Program-made: the position numbers and the translations under genes
DNA from: a virus
Lineage: Duplodnaviria; Caudoviricetes
DNA length: 64,000 nucleotides
Reading direction: 5' to 3' (one strand)
IMG/VR virus record: IMGVR_UViG_3300009104_000020
Coordinates: 791-64,790 of that record
Part shown: positions 1 through 8,563 of the stretch, in pieces
How positions within the stretch are numbered: the first letter of the stretch is position 1
Layout of the letters: each line of letters starts with the position of its first letter
Notes under the pieces: model-generated
What the model saw: the letters and a program-made list of their open reading frames with translations, nothing else
What the model was told of the DNA's origin: nothing
Database searches by the model: none

Positions 1-13
1 AGGCGAATAGCGT

Positions 14-406
14 GTGCGCTCCACCGGGCAGCGGGGTGAGCTGCTTGTAGCGGAGAGACTAATAGGGAAGGGCTGGAGTGTAGCACACCCCATGGCGGAC
101 GCCCCTTATGACCTTTTGGCCATCAAAGGGGGAAGGTTCTTGCGTCTTCAGGTAAAAGCCACGCTGGAGAAACATCTACACAAAGGGAAAACCCGGCCCC
201 ATTACCAGTTTCAGTTGGCCCACGGGCTATCCTCGAAGAAGAGATATACAGCCGACCAGGTGGACTTCTTCGTCTGCTGCGCCTTGGACTCCCAGCGTTT
301 CTGGGTCATCCCATTTCCTGACGCCACGGTTGTTACCCTGAAAATCTACAACGGCGAGGGAGGCAAGTTTCACAAGTTCGAGGATGCTTGGGTATTGCTT
401 GAGTGA
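14..406 (+). CDS. PD-(D/E)XK endonuclease (PDDEXK_5-like)
   Basis: GE..V..L...GW.V..P.....YDL........LQVKAT pattern, plus YT..QVDFF typical of this family. Confidence 0.75.
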   Translation: MRSTGQRGELLVAERLIGKGWSVAHPMADAPYDLLAIKGGRFLRLQVKATLEKHLHKGKTRPHYQFQLAHGLSSKKRYTADQVDFFVCCALDSQRFWVIPFPDATVVTLKIYNGEGGKFHKFEDAWVLLE

Positions 407-534
407 TCCTGTTTTCATAAACCTTACAAGATGAGAGCGTTTTTTTTCTTCATAAGAACCTGCGGAATTGCGCCTATTTCCAGGGGTAAAGCCGATTACT
501 TAATAAATATTTTAGCATAAGGGAAAAAAAGTAG

Positions 535-563
535 TTGCCTTTCGTTCATAAATCTTCCACGAT
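535..563 (+). promoter_or_regulatory. sigma70-like promoter
   Basis: TTGCCT-N17-CACGAT; GTG start 6 nt after the -10 box. Confidence 0.45.
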
Positions 564-569
564 GGGGGT

Positions 570-743
570 GTGCCGAGGAAGCGAAATGGTTCGTATAAAA
601 TCAGGAGTGTGGCCGTGGACGAGGAGACGGATCGCCTTATTAGGGCCGGGTCACTTCTGGAGCAGCACCGAAATCCTAACACAGGAAAAGGGTGTATCTC
701 GTCATTTATGAGGGCCGCAGTTAAAAAGTATTTCGATAAATAG
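570..743 (+). CDS. Small ribbon-helix-helix (Arc/CopG-like) DNA-binding protein, 57 aa, absent from ORF track
   Basis: Manual translation MPRKRNGSYKIRSVAVDEETDRLIRAGSLLEQHRNPNTGKGCISSFMRAAVKKYFDK: beta strand, helix, then S.FMR.AV..Y helix. Confidence 0.6.
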   Translation: MPRKRNGSYKIRSVAVDEETDRLIRAGSLLEQHRNPNTGKGCISSFMRAAVKKYFDK

Positions 744-752
744 AACAGAAAA

Positions 753-1307
753 ATGGGCAGACTAGACAACTACGAAGAGGTAAAAGACAGGCTTCCCCGG
801 TTTTGGGGCTGCGTTAAGCAGGGTAGAATCATCACGAAAGTCCTAGACCACAGCGAAAACTGGGATCGGGTTGTGATGTTGGCGGAGCTATATGACGGGG
901 ATACGCTTATTGCCACAGGAACCGCAATGGACTGGAAGGATAAAGACCGTAACGCCAACCGGACAAATTGGGTTGAAGTAGCTGAAACCAGCGCGATTGG
1001 GAGGGCTATTGCAAACTCCCGATACCAAGACCCCAGCGCAGCCAGACCCAGCCGGGAAGAGATGGAGGTGGCCATCGAAAGACAGTCCGCCCTGCCGACG
1101 ACGCCAAAGCAAACCGGATCTGACAGTAAACCGGCGTGGGTTGTTCAACTTGAAACGCGCTTTGGTAAGAACGAAAACAAGGTGTCAGATTTTTACATAG
1201 GCAAGAATGTAATCAAAAAGGGGCAAACTTGGCGCGACCTGCCCACCGCAACAGCCGAAAAACTACAAGCCAAAGTGGAGGACATATGCAAACACCTCGG
1301 AATTTAG
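753..1307 (+). CDS. Single-strand annealing protein (Rad52/Sak-like)
   Basis: Y..V.DRL..F, ATG.A and E.AETSAIGRA motifs; lies upstream of exonuclease and ssb. Confidence 0.65.
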   Translation: MGRLDNYEEVKDRLPRFWGCVKQGRIITKVLDHSENWDRVVMLAELYDGDTLIATGTAMDWKDKDRNANRTNWVEVAETSAIGRAIANSRYQDPSAARPSREEMEVAIERQSALPTTPKQTGSDSKPAWVVQLETRFGKNENKVSDFYIGKNVIKKGQTWRDLPTATAEKLQAKVEDICKHLGI

Positions 1308-1430
1308 AGCATTTTCTTCAGCGGGATTTTCTCATTACCGCAACCGAAGGACTTCTAGACCGGAAGAGGGCCGAATTGCTGCTGAAAAACGCAATAGTCC
1401 GAGCCTCTATTAAAAAACAACTGGAGAAAA

Positions 1431-1637
1431 ATGCCAGAAACTGAACACAGAGAGAGGGGCCACCACCCCCTTTCACCGAGCAACTACCCGAAATGGGAGC
1501 TTTGCCCCTTATTTAAGAACAGGGGAGGAACCAGCGAGGCGGCAGAGCGCGGAACCCAGCGACATGAAGTATTTGAGAGGCTGATAGAGGAGAGAAACGA
1601 AAGCTTGGGGTATGACAAAGACGGTAAAAAAAGTTGA
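1431..1637 (+). CDS. DUF2800/Cas4-like exonuclease, N-terminal part
   Basis: HHPLSPS...W..CP...SEAAERGT..H motif; would fuse to the next ORF by loss of one A in A7 (1626-1632). Confidence 0.65.
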   Translation: MPETEHRERGHHPLSPSNYPKWELCPLFKNRGGTSEAAERGTQRHEVFERLIEERNESLGYDKDGKKS

Positions 1638-2493
1638 GGATGAGGCAGCCAAGTTCTCGATAGACTGCCTTAACAAGGAGATCGGCTCTGCGTATATACA
1701 TTGTGAGACGCTTGTTGCGTATGAAGAGTTATACGAAGGGTGGGTTGATGCTTGGGCTGTAAAGGATGGACGCCTTCATGTGTTTGACCTAAAGACTGGC
1801 TGGGGAAGCGACCCTGACTATGCGGCCCAACAGGAGGGGTATGCTTTGGCAATCCTCAATATGGCCAAGAAGGGGATGTGGCCAGAAATCAAGGATACCG
1901 ACAGCGCAACAATCCACCTTATATGGGAAGACCAACGGCGCACATATACTTGGGAAACCAAATACGATATCGCCAAGGCTTTAATCATGGAGATTCTGGC
2001 AAAGAAGATGTCCCCAGACTCCACCCCGCGAGCAAATAAGAACTGCCAATGGTGCGCTAATTTAAACTCCTGCGAAGCTGTAAACCACGAAATCATGGAG
2101 GTGGTTAAGGCGGGGCTTCCGACCAGCTTCAACTCTCCCGAAGATCTTTCCCGCGCTTTGATGGTAAAGGATCTAATTAAGCCTTGGTCTGATGGCATCC
2201 AAAAGCTTGCCGTTAAGCACATCGAGGAAGGCGGGGAATTGCCGGGGTGGAAGTGGTCGAAGATAAAAGGAAGAGAGGTTGCCCCAGAACTGAAGGATGC
2301 TTGGGCCGCTGTCCGAGAATCGCTGGAGGTAAAGCACGGAGACAAAGCAAAGGACGAATTTCTTAAATGCTGTAAAGTGGTCGCGGGGAAACTGCGCGGC
2401 CTGGATTACGAAAACGAATTTCCCGCCGAACACATAATGAAGCGGGGAGAACCATACTATAGGTTAACTTGTAAAAAGAGACTACTGAAATGA
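1612..2493 (+). CDS. DUF2800/Cas4-like PD-(D/E)XK exonuclease, main part
   Basis: G.VDA...VFDLKTG...Q..GYA nuclease core and C-terminal CQWC...C cluster. Confidence 0.75.
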   Translation: MTKTVKKVEDEAAKFSIDCLNKEIGSAYIHCETLVAYEELYEGWVDAWAVKDGRLHVFDLKTGWGSDPDYAAQQEGYALAILNMAKKGMWPEIKDTDSATIHLIWEDQRRTYTWETKYDIAKALIMEILAKKMSPDSTPRANKNCQWCANLNSCEAVNHEIMEVVKAGLPTSFNSPEDLSRALMVKDLIKPWSDGIQKLAVKHIEEGGELPGWKWSKIKGREVAPELKDAWAAVRESLEVKHGDKAKDEFLKCCKVVAGKLRGLDYENEFPAEHIMKRGEPYYRLTCKKRLLK

Positions 2494-2843
2494 ACTGTAT
2501 AAACATAATAGGGAGGCTTACGGCTGACCCAGAGACGCATCAGATGACTAATAGCTCCGTCTGCAACATTAGAATCGCGGTTAATGGCCGCAAGAAAGAC
2601 GGCGACAGGTGGGTGGACGACCCAATGTTCATCAACGCAAAGGCTTGGGACAAGCAGTCCGACTTCATTGCCAAGCACTTCGAGAAGGGCAAAGAGATCT
2701 GGATACAAGGCGAACTCAGAATCGAGCAATGGGAGAAGGACGGGCAAAAGAGGAGCGCACCCGTTATTAAGGTTCGCACCTGCGGCTTCACCAGCGGCAA
2801 GGGCAACGGAAATGGCAAAGATGCCGGTGATGAGTTTGTATGA
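2490..2843 (+). CDS. ssb: Single-stranded DNA-binding protein
   Basis: MN...IGRLTADPE, AW, KG..I.IQGEL..EQWEKDGQKRS; acidic tail. Confidence 0.95.
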   Translation: MNCINIIGRLTADPETHQMTNSSVCNIRIAVNGRKKDGDRWVDDPMFINAKAWDKQSDFIAKHFEKGKEIWIQGELRIEQWEKDGQKRSAPVIKVRTCGFTSGKGNGNGKDAGDEFV

Positions 2844-3058
2844 GTTGGCTCATTGCACTTTTGAAGGCAGTCCCCGCATTGAGGAAGATCGGTGAACTAC
2901 TTGAAAGGAACATCAAGGCGGCAAAAGCAAAGTCAAGGAGGAACCACAAAGATAAACTTGTGGACGATGCTATTGCTGATGCTCTTGCTCACCCCAATGA
3001 GCGGGTGCATAACGGTAGAGTACAACAACGCTCACGACCTAATAAAGATGCACCCTAA
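2840..3058 (+). CDS. Hypothetical membrane-associated protein (possible Rz/i-spanin-like)
   Basis: Amphipathic/hydrophobic N-terminus; overlaps a lipoprotein gene in another frame. Confidence 0.4.
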   Translation: MSWLIALLKAVPALRKIGELLERNIKAAKAKSRRNHKDKLVDDAIADALAHPNERVHNGRVQQRSRPNKDAP

Positions 3059-3161
3059 AGGGTTCCGAGACGCCGTACACGCTTCTACGGAAAGCGCGGA
3101 ATTTGTGGAGGACTGCCTTCACACTATTAACGAACTAGAGGAAAAGCTGGAGAGCCAATAA
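2967..3161 (+). CDS. Small lipoprotein (possible Rz1/o-spanin-like)
   Basis: ATG 2967: MLLLMLLLTPMSG-C lipobox; start embedded in the upstream gene. Confidence 0.5.
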   Translation: MLLLMLLLTPMSGCITVEYNNAHDLIKMHPKGFRDAVHASTESAEFVEDCLHTINELEEKLESQ

Positions 3162-3643
3162 TGCCTCGAAACCCGACCTCACAACGCGCTCAAAAAATGC
3201 GAGATGGCTTTATTTACTTCATCTTGCAGGGTGAGGACTCGTGGAAGCAGTTGGAGCGTAGTGAGTTTGAAAACATGGGATGGGATGGAGTGTCCTTTGT
3301 TAAGATTGGCCGCACGGTAGATGTCAGGAAGAGGCTTGAGTCCCTGCAATGCGGCAACCCGATGGGACTTCAGCTACTAGGCTGCGTCAGGGGAGGCCCG
3401 AAGCTTGAGGGCAAGCTGCACCGCTGGTTCAAGCCATATCGCCACTCATGCGGGGAGTGGTTCCTGTATTCCTATCGGGTAGCACAATACATCAACTCTC
3501 TTCACCTTTATAAACCAAACGGCAACTGCGAACCAAAAGATGTGGAAGGCGATGGCGACCTCGCTCAGTTTGAGAAAGAGTTCGAGATGCTTCTTGGGTG
3601 TGAATGTGTCTGGACGATTGAAGATCATTTAATGTTTGCATGA
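3161..3643 (+). CDS. GIY-YIG (T5orf172/MUG113) domain protein
   Basis: GFIYFI...VKIGRT....RL.SLQCGNP...E..LH..F....GEWF. Confidence 0.85.
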   Translation: MPRNPTSQRAQKMRDGFIYFILQGEDSWKQLERSEFENMGWDGVSFVKIGRTVDVRKRLESLQCGNPMGLQLLGCVRGGPKLEGKLHRWFKPYRHSCGEWFLYSYRVAQYINSLHLYKPNGNCEPKDVEGDGDLAQFEKEFEMLLGCECVWTIEDHLMFA

Positions 3644-3792
3644 AGAAACCAGCTAAAAACAAAAAGGAACCCCGCAGCCTACGGCAATCGGTAAACGACG
3701 GGTGTGATAAGTTTTGGGCCAAGCGCGGCGGAGATCCGAACAAAGAAGGCTCGTTTAATTACGGAACCCCCCTAAAAAAGAAGAGGTTTTGA
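3640..3792 (+). CDS. Small basic hypothetical protein (50 aa)
   Basis: ATGA-coupled to upstream gene; fills the gap exactly. Confidence 0.45.
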   Translation: MKKPAKNKKEPRSLRQSVNDGCDKFWAKRGGDPNKEGSFNYGTPLKKKRF

Positions 3793-3977
3793 ACCACGAA
3801 TACGCACATGACTGTATAGTTGATATTCAGAAAAGGATAAATAGCATGAGTAAGGAGGAAATAACCCAAGCCTTGGAAGTTGTAAGGGTGTGCCTTATTT
3901 CACCATCTGTAAGTGTGTGGAAAGAGCCTGTGTCTGCGAAAGAGGCGTACAGGCAGGCCTGCGAGGAGGAGCCATGA
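3789..3977 (+). CDS. Hypothetical protein
   Basis: 4-nt overlaps with both neighbours. Confidence 0.5.
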   Translation: MNHEYAHDCIVDIQKRINSMSKEEITQALEVVRVCLISPSVSVWKEPVSAKEAYRQACEEEP

Positions 3978-4309
3978 AGAATAGCCGCAACAAGGGGAAG
4001 GTAAACGAAAGGGCGTGGGCATCCATCTGCACAAACGAGGGATACCCGGCTAGGCGTGGGCAACAATTTCGAGGGGGAGATGACAGCCCTGATGTCGTGT
4101 GCGAGTCTCTTCCCATGTTTCATTTTGAGGTTAAGTCCGGCAAAAGGCCCCACCTTTGGGATGCCGTAGCACAGGCCGAGCGCGACCAAAAGACAGGCGA
4201 CTTTGCCATTGCGGCACTACACAAGGACTACCACCCGTGGATGGTTGCAATGTCAGCGGATACTTTTTTTAGGCTAGTCAGAGGAGATCACCTTCAGCCA
4301 TGTCTGTAA
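3974..4309 (+). CDS. Holliday junction resolvase-like PD-(D/E)XK nuclease
   Basis: SRNKG...ER, ARRGQQF.G..DSPDV, HFEVK, A..QA..D; GAGGAG SD before ATG 3974. Confidence 0.8.
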   Translation: MKNSRNKGKVNERAWASICTNEGYPARRGQQFRGGDDSPDVVCESLPMFHFEVKSGKRPHLWDAVAQAERDQKTGDFAIAALHKDYHPWMVAMSADTFFRLVRGDHLQPCL

Positions 4310-4620
4310 TTCGACCACCAAAAAAAATGATGATACTGAACCTTCCGTATAAGGTGAAGTTTGTAGAGCAAACAGAGAGAGATGCGGCTGACGCATACGG
4401 GTGGTGCGACTACGACAACCAAACCATTGTTGTGTGCAAAACCATCCCGAAGGAGGCCATAGCTGACACTTTCCTGCACGAATGTATCCATGCAATAGCT
4501 CACGGGATGGATGTTAACTGGCGCAAAGAGGAGCAGGTAGCCAGAAGGCTTGCCACGGGGCTGTGTACGCTGTGGAAACAAAACCCTGCTGCCTTTAGGT
4601 GGTGGAGGAACCTGTTATGA
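4300..4620 (+). CDS. Small zincin-like metallopeptidase (HExxH)
   Basis: YG.CD...QTI..., TFLHECIHAI, EEQV. Confidence 0.7.
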   Translation: MSVIRPPKKMMILNLPYKVKFVEQTERDAADAYGWCDYDNQTIVVCKTIPKEAIADTFLHECIHAIAHGMDVNWRKEEQVARRLATGLCTLWKQNPAAFRWWRNLL

Positions 4621-4817
4621 GGATTGGAGAAATTTACGACGCGATTGCAACCGAAATGAGACAGCAGGAAACCCAGTCTCGAAGTGCCATCGTGGGGGCT
4701 ATGACTAGTTATTGCCTTGCACTAAAGGCCTCTGGTCTTAACGCTCCGCTATGGTCTGAAACCGCCCTCTTGAAGGGGGTTCACAGCCGACTAGAATCTT
4801 ACAACAAGGAAAAATGA
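4617..4817 (+). CDS. Hypothetical protein
   Basis: ATGA coupling with neighbours. Confidence 0.5.
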   Translation: MRIGEIYDAIATEMRQQETQSRSAIVGAMTSYCLALKASGLNAPLWSETALLKGVHSRLESYNKEK

Positions 4818-5017
4818 CAGAAGAATACGAACAACCAGTAAAAAGCCCCATTGAGGACAAGGAAGTGCATCACCTGGGCATGGCAGCGAGCGCAATGGGT
4901 TTCGCAGATAAAGGCGGGTTGAATGCCTACTTGAGCGACCTGTACTTGAGGATTCACAAGTGGGCTGTCGAGGTGATGGAATACGACAAAGAAAACCCCT
5001 TGGACAAGGAGGAATAG
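4814..5017 (+). CDS. Hypothetical protein
   Basis: AAGGA SD; ATGA... overlap with upstream gene. Confidence 0.5.
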   Translation: MTEEYEQPVKSPIEDKEVHHLGMAASAMGFADKGGLNAYLSDLYLRIHKWAVEVMEYDKENPLDKEE

Positions 5018-5032
5018 TTTTTGGTAGGACAA

Positions 5033-5128
5033 TTCAGCAATGACGCTGGACGCTACCTTTCCCCGGTCAGAGCCACTCACAGGATTGGCTGGGGAAGAAT
5101 TTCAGTCCCGTGAGTGCGGGGTGCTGAA
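5033..5128 (+). ncRNA. Putative structured RNA with kissing loops
   Basis: TTCAGCA/TGCTGAA closing stem, GCTGGA/TTCAGT, TTCCCCGGTCA/TGGCTGGGGAA, CCCG/CGGG; loops CACTCA and TGAGTG are complementary. Confidence 0.5.
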
Positions 5129-5158
5129 AGACATGATTGATTGGGTTATTAAAGAAAT

Positions 5159-5272
5159 GAGAGTTGAGGCTATGGTGTCGTAGGAGAATTACGGACGGGT
5201 GGTTTAGTAGGGTTTTCTTCTAGCTTTCCCTGCTTGGTTGCATCCCATGAAACACCTCGGCTCTCTGTTTTT
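5159..5272 (+). other. Long imperfect hairpin followed by T tract (sRNA or terminator)
   Basis: GAGAGTTGAGG/CCTCGGCTCTC outer stem, AGTAGGG/CCCTGCT inner stem, pyrimidine loop, then TGTTTTT. Confidence 0.4.
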
Positions 5273-5277
5273 GAAAA

Positions 5278-5541
5278 ATGCCAAAGAAAAAGAAACAAAT
5301 ACAAATAATGTTAGGGCAGTTTGTCATCGTTAAAAACAAGAACGCTCATGCTGCTGCCAACTCTAATTATATGTTCGGGATAGTCAGGGAGGGGACTAAA
5401 GAGGTTCCGCTAATGCTGACAATGTCGGAATATTCCAAGGCGGTGACTCGTGCCGGGAAAAACCCAGAGGATTGCGTCATGCGGCATACCGTCGTAAGGC
5501 CAAAGAAAAGAGGCTTCATGGCGTGGCTCCGGGGGAACTAG
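5278..5541 (+). CDS. Hypothetical protein
   Basis: ORF in operon orientation. Confidence 0.55.
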   Translation: MPKKKKQIQIMLGQFVIVKNKNAHAAANSNYMFGIVREGTKEVPLMLTMSEYSKAVTRAGKNPEDCVMRHTVVRPKKRGFMAWLRGN

Positions 5542-5807
5542 GAACCACAGACTGCTCAAAGTGTACCGGGGCCTGCTGCAAGCGGGTGGACTTGATAAGT
5601 CGAAAGGTTCACCAATGCCAGCATTTAGCCGACGACAACTCGTGCATGATATACGAAGACCGGCCTATTGCCTGTCGGATGGACGAGAGATGGACTCCGC
5701 GCTCAATGCTGAAGGCGCATTGCACCACCTGTCAGCTTTCCGAGTGGAAGAAGATCCCGATAGACGAGGCTGCCGCATTAAAGAGACTCCTTGATAGGAA
5801 GCAGTAG
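5472..5807 (+). CDS. YkgJ-family cysteine-cluster protein (true start probably ~5523)
   Basis: CSKCTGACC...CQHL....CMIYEDRP.ACR. Confidence 0.8.
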   Translation: MRHAAYRRKAKEKRLHGVAPGELGTTDCSKCTGACCKRVDLISRKVHQCQHLADDNSCMIYEDRPIACRMDERWTPRSMLKAHCTTCQLSEWKKIPIDEAAALKRLLDRKQ

Positions 5808-5808
5808 A

Positions 5809-6651
5809 ATGGGACAAGGTTATGTTAAGATGTTCCGCAAGGTGTTGGACAACCCCAACGCCACCAACCCAATGTGGCTGGCCGTATGGAACTACCTCCT
5901 TCTTCGAGCAACCCACAAGCCTGTCACAATGAGAATCAGCGGGAAAGACAGGGTTCTCGACCCCGGAGAATTAGTCTGTAGTTGCCGCAAAATAGCCGAT
6001 TTCTTTGAGATAAATAAGGATACAGTACATAGGATATTAGTCACTATGGAAAACGACCTTATGATAAGACGCAAAAAGTACCCAAGAAAGACAGTAGTTA
6101 CGGTGCTAAACTGGGATTCTTACCAATCGCAACAGACAGTCGAGGGGACAGCGAAGGGGACAGTCGAGGGGACAGTCGTGGGGACACTAACAAGAAGAAA
6201 GAAGAAAGAAGAAATTAAAGAACATGATATGGCGGGAGGAGAAAAGGCTTCTAGGGAAATGGAGAAGCTGGCTCCCGTTGCTCGTGAGGTGCTGGCAGAG
6301 TTCAACAAGCGAGCAGGCAAGAGGTTCAAGGGGGATGCCAACCTTGAGACAATCCGTGGCAGGTTAAGGGAAGGCTTCACCAAGGAGGAGATGATCCAAG
6401 TGATCGACAACAAGGTGAAGGAACTCAAAGGCACGGTCAACGAGCCAAAGTGGCTAACCCCCATCTGCATCTTCCGAAAGACCAACATGGACAGGAACCT
6501 CATGTTTGCGCTGGAAGGTGACAGGATAAAGGAAATCAATTTACAGGATGAGTACAGAAGAGTTTGCAACTCCGATGGCTACAGGGCGCAGAAGATAAGG
6601 GAAGAACTGGCTGAAATTAGAAGTGGAAAACTTGTACAACATAGAAGCTGA
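5809..6651 (+). CDS. Phage replication initiator (lambda O-like, conserved phage C-terminal domain)
   Basis: GYVK.FRK...W.YLLLRA.H N-terminus, TV.NW.SYQ, WLTP..IFR C-terminus; internal iterons; followed by dnaB. Confidence 0.8.
   Translation: MGQGYVKMFRKVLDNPNATNPMWLAVWNYLLLRATHKPVTMRISGKDRVLDPGELVCSCRKIADFFEINKDTVHRILVTMENDLMIRRKKYPRKTVVTVLNWDSYQSQQTVEGTAKGTVEGTVVGTLTRRKKKEEIKEHDMAGGEKASREMEKLAPVAREVLAEFNKRAGKRFKGDANLETIRGRLREGFTKEEMIQVIDNKVKELKGTVNEPKWLTPICIFRKTNMDRNLMFALEGDRIKEINLQDEYRRVCNSDGYRAQKIREELAEIRSGKLVQHRS
6135..6188 (+). repeat. Four tandem 12-bp iterons (GACAGTCGAGGG), putative replication origin
   Basis: Copies at 6135, 6147, 6159, 6171 inside the initiator gene, followed by an A-rich purine tract. 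Confidence 0.7.
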
Positions 6652-7942
6652 AAAAGGGCTGTTAGGCTGCTGTATGCTTGGAGGGATCGAGGAATGCGTG
6701 TCTGCCGGGGTGGATGCGAGTTGGTTCTTCGACCTACGCCACTACGAGATATACCGCACCCTTGAGGAGATGCACGATAGGGCAGAGGAAATAGACACAT
6801 CCAAGCTAATCTATGAACTGCGCTCCAAGAATACCCTAGATAAGATCGGAGGCCCTGCTGTCTTAACCGAGTACGAAGACAAAGCACCAACGGCCCATAA
6901 TGCCCCGTATTGGCTCTCTGAGCTATTTGGATACCGAACCCGGCGTCAGACCAAGGCGAAGCTGGAAAGTGCCATACAGCGCATATCAACGGCCAATGTG
7001 GGCGAAATAGATGGAATGGTAGCTGACCTCCAAACATTCATAACCGACCTCTCTGACCATGTGTCCCGCGAAACGGACGAAACCCTGAAGAAGCCAATCA
7101 TCTCGGTTGTCAACAGTATCGAGGAAAGATATCACAATAAAACTGAAACACCTTGGGGCATCCCAACTGGCTTCCGAAACCTAGACAACCTGCTTGGAGG
7201 CCTGCGGAAAGGATCTCTCTACATTATAGCTGGTCGTCCAGGTCAGGGAAAAACAGCTATGGGGCTAGGCATAACCCTGAACATTACTGCCTCTGCCAAT
7301 CCGGTAGCTCTGTTCTCCCTTGAAATGAACAAGGAGGAGGTGGCTATGCGCCTTATGGCAGCTTATTCCGACCTAGATATGCAGCAGGTTTTCAGGGGGC
7401 ATATAAGCAAGAAGGACTTTGTAAAGATAGGTGAAGCCTCCAAATTAACAGGTTTACCCTTATGGGTTAATGAAAGAACCGACCTAACCATCAATATGTT
7501 GCGATCCGAAGCCAGACGGTATGTCAGGAACTACGGGGTTAAGGTGCTTGTAATAGATTACCTCCAGCTTATGACCGGCTCCAAGGAAGCAAGGCGAAGC
7601 GGGAAATACGAGGTGGTAAGCGAAATATCCCGAGGGCTGAAGCTTATGGCGCAGGAGCTTGATATCCCCGTAATAGCCCTTGCCCAGCTTAACCGCGACT
7701 ACGAAAAGACTGGTAGTGAAAGGAAACCTAGATTATCCGATCTCCGCGACTCTGGCAGTATCGAACAGGATGCTGATTGCTGTATGTTTCTATATGAAAA
7801 CAACAAGGACGGCAATGAAGGGGATCGAAGAATAAACTGCTTAATAGCAAAGAACAGAAACGGAGAACCAAACAAGGACGCATATTTTGAGTTCCAACCG
7901 GAATATACCAAGTTCGTTCCGTTGTCTCCCGTGGATAGATGA
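6623..7942 (+). CDS. dnaB: Replicative DNA helicase
   Basis: AGRPGQGKT Walker A, FSLEM, IDYLQLM, LAQLNR, LRDSGSIEQDAD, IAKNRNG. Confidence 0.97.
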   Translation: MENLYNIEAEKGLLGCCMLGGIEECVSAGVDASWFFDLRHYEIYRTLEEMHDRAEEIDTSKLIYELRSKNTLDKIGGPAVLTEYEDKAPTAHNAPYWLSELFGYRTRRQTKAKLESAIQRISTANVGEIDGMVADLQTFITDLSDHVSRETDETLKKPIISVVNSIEERYHNKTETPWGIPTGFRNLDNLLGGLRKGSLYIIAGRPGQGKTAMGLGITLNITASANPVALFSLEMNKEEVAMRLMAAYSDLDMQQVFRGHISKKDFVKIGEASKLTGLPLWVNERTDLTINMLRSEARRYVRNYGVKVLVIDYLQLMTGSKEARRSGKYEVVSEISRGLKLMAQELDIPVIALAQLNRDYEKTGSERKPRLSDLRDSGSIEQDADCCMFLYENNKDGNEGDRRINCLIAKNRNGEPNKDAYFEFQPEYTKFVPLSPVDR

Positions 7943-8210
7943 TTATGGAATAAAGAAACTACTCTGTGCAATCATACAAGTAGCGGTTGACGACTATCGA
8001 GTGGCACGGAAGAGAGGATTTATCATTGGCGATAAAGTTTACATTGACACAAGAATAGGAAAATTAAGAACAATGGATCAAGTTTCAGAGTTAAATTCCC
8101 TTATTGAGTTCTTTTATAGAGGAGGGCTACAGGCTCTCATAGACGCTGGCAACCTCAAGGATGGGCGAGGAATGATTCTAGACGCCACCTCAATCACAAA
8201 CGCTTTGTAA
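7887..8210 (+). CDS. Hypothetical protein (start uncertain)
   Basis: L.AII.VAVDDYR motif common in phage proteins. Confidence 0.55.
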   Translation: MSSNRNIPSSFRCLPWIDDYGIKKLLCAIIQVAVDDYRVARKRGFIIGDKVYIDTRIGKLRTMDQVSELNSLIEFFYRGGLQALIDAGNLKDGRGMILDATSITNAL

Positions 8211-8212
8211 CC

Positions 8213-8560
8213 ATGACACACGAAGAACTAGCAACAGCAATAGCGGGATCTTTAGAGATCAAAACCGAAATGGGCCGAGCAATCATCCCTATAGCCCTGG
8301 AATGTATCGACCTCTTCGAAAGAAAACAGCAAGACTACGGCTCCTCTAACATATCCATGTCGGGCGACCTTGGGGTGGCTGTCAGGCTTACAGATAAGGT
8401 ATGTCGGCTCCAGCATCTGCTCCGAAAACGCATCCAGCACGGGGGAACAGAGGGTTCTGCTATCCAAGAACTGCGAAATGAGCCAATTCAGGACACCTTC
8501 ATGGACACCGCCAACTACGGAATGATAGGAATGATGCTGGAAAGGGGGGTCTGGAAGTAA
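8213..8560 (+). CDS. Nucleotide modification associated domain protein (DUF1599/Nmad1)
   Basis: RKQQDYG, VRL.DK..RL, E.I.DT..D.ANYG.IG. Confidence 0.8.
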   Translation: MTHEELATAIAGSLEIKTEMGRAIIPIALECIDLFERKQQDYGSSNISMSGDLGVAVRLTDKVCRLQHLLRKRIQHGGTEGSAIQELRNEPIQDTFMDTANYGMIGMMLERGVWK

Positions 8561-8563
8561 AAA

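Noticed and set aside
5030-5130. tRNA gene
   Set aside because: No T-arm GTTCRA or cloverleaf; I saw no tRNA anywhere in the window
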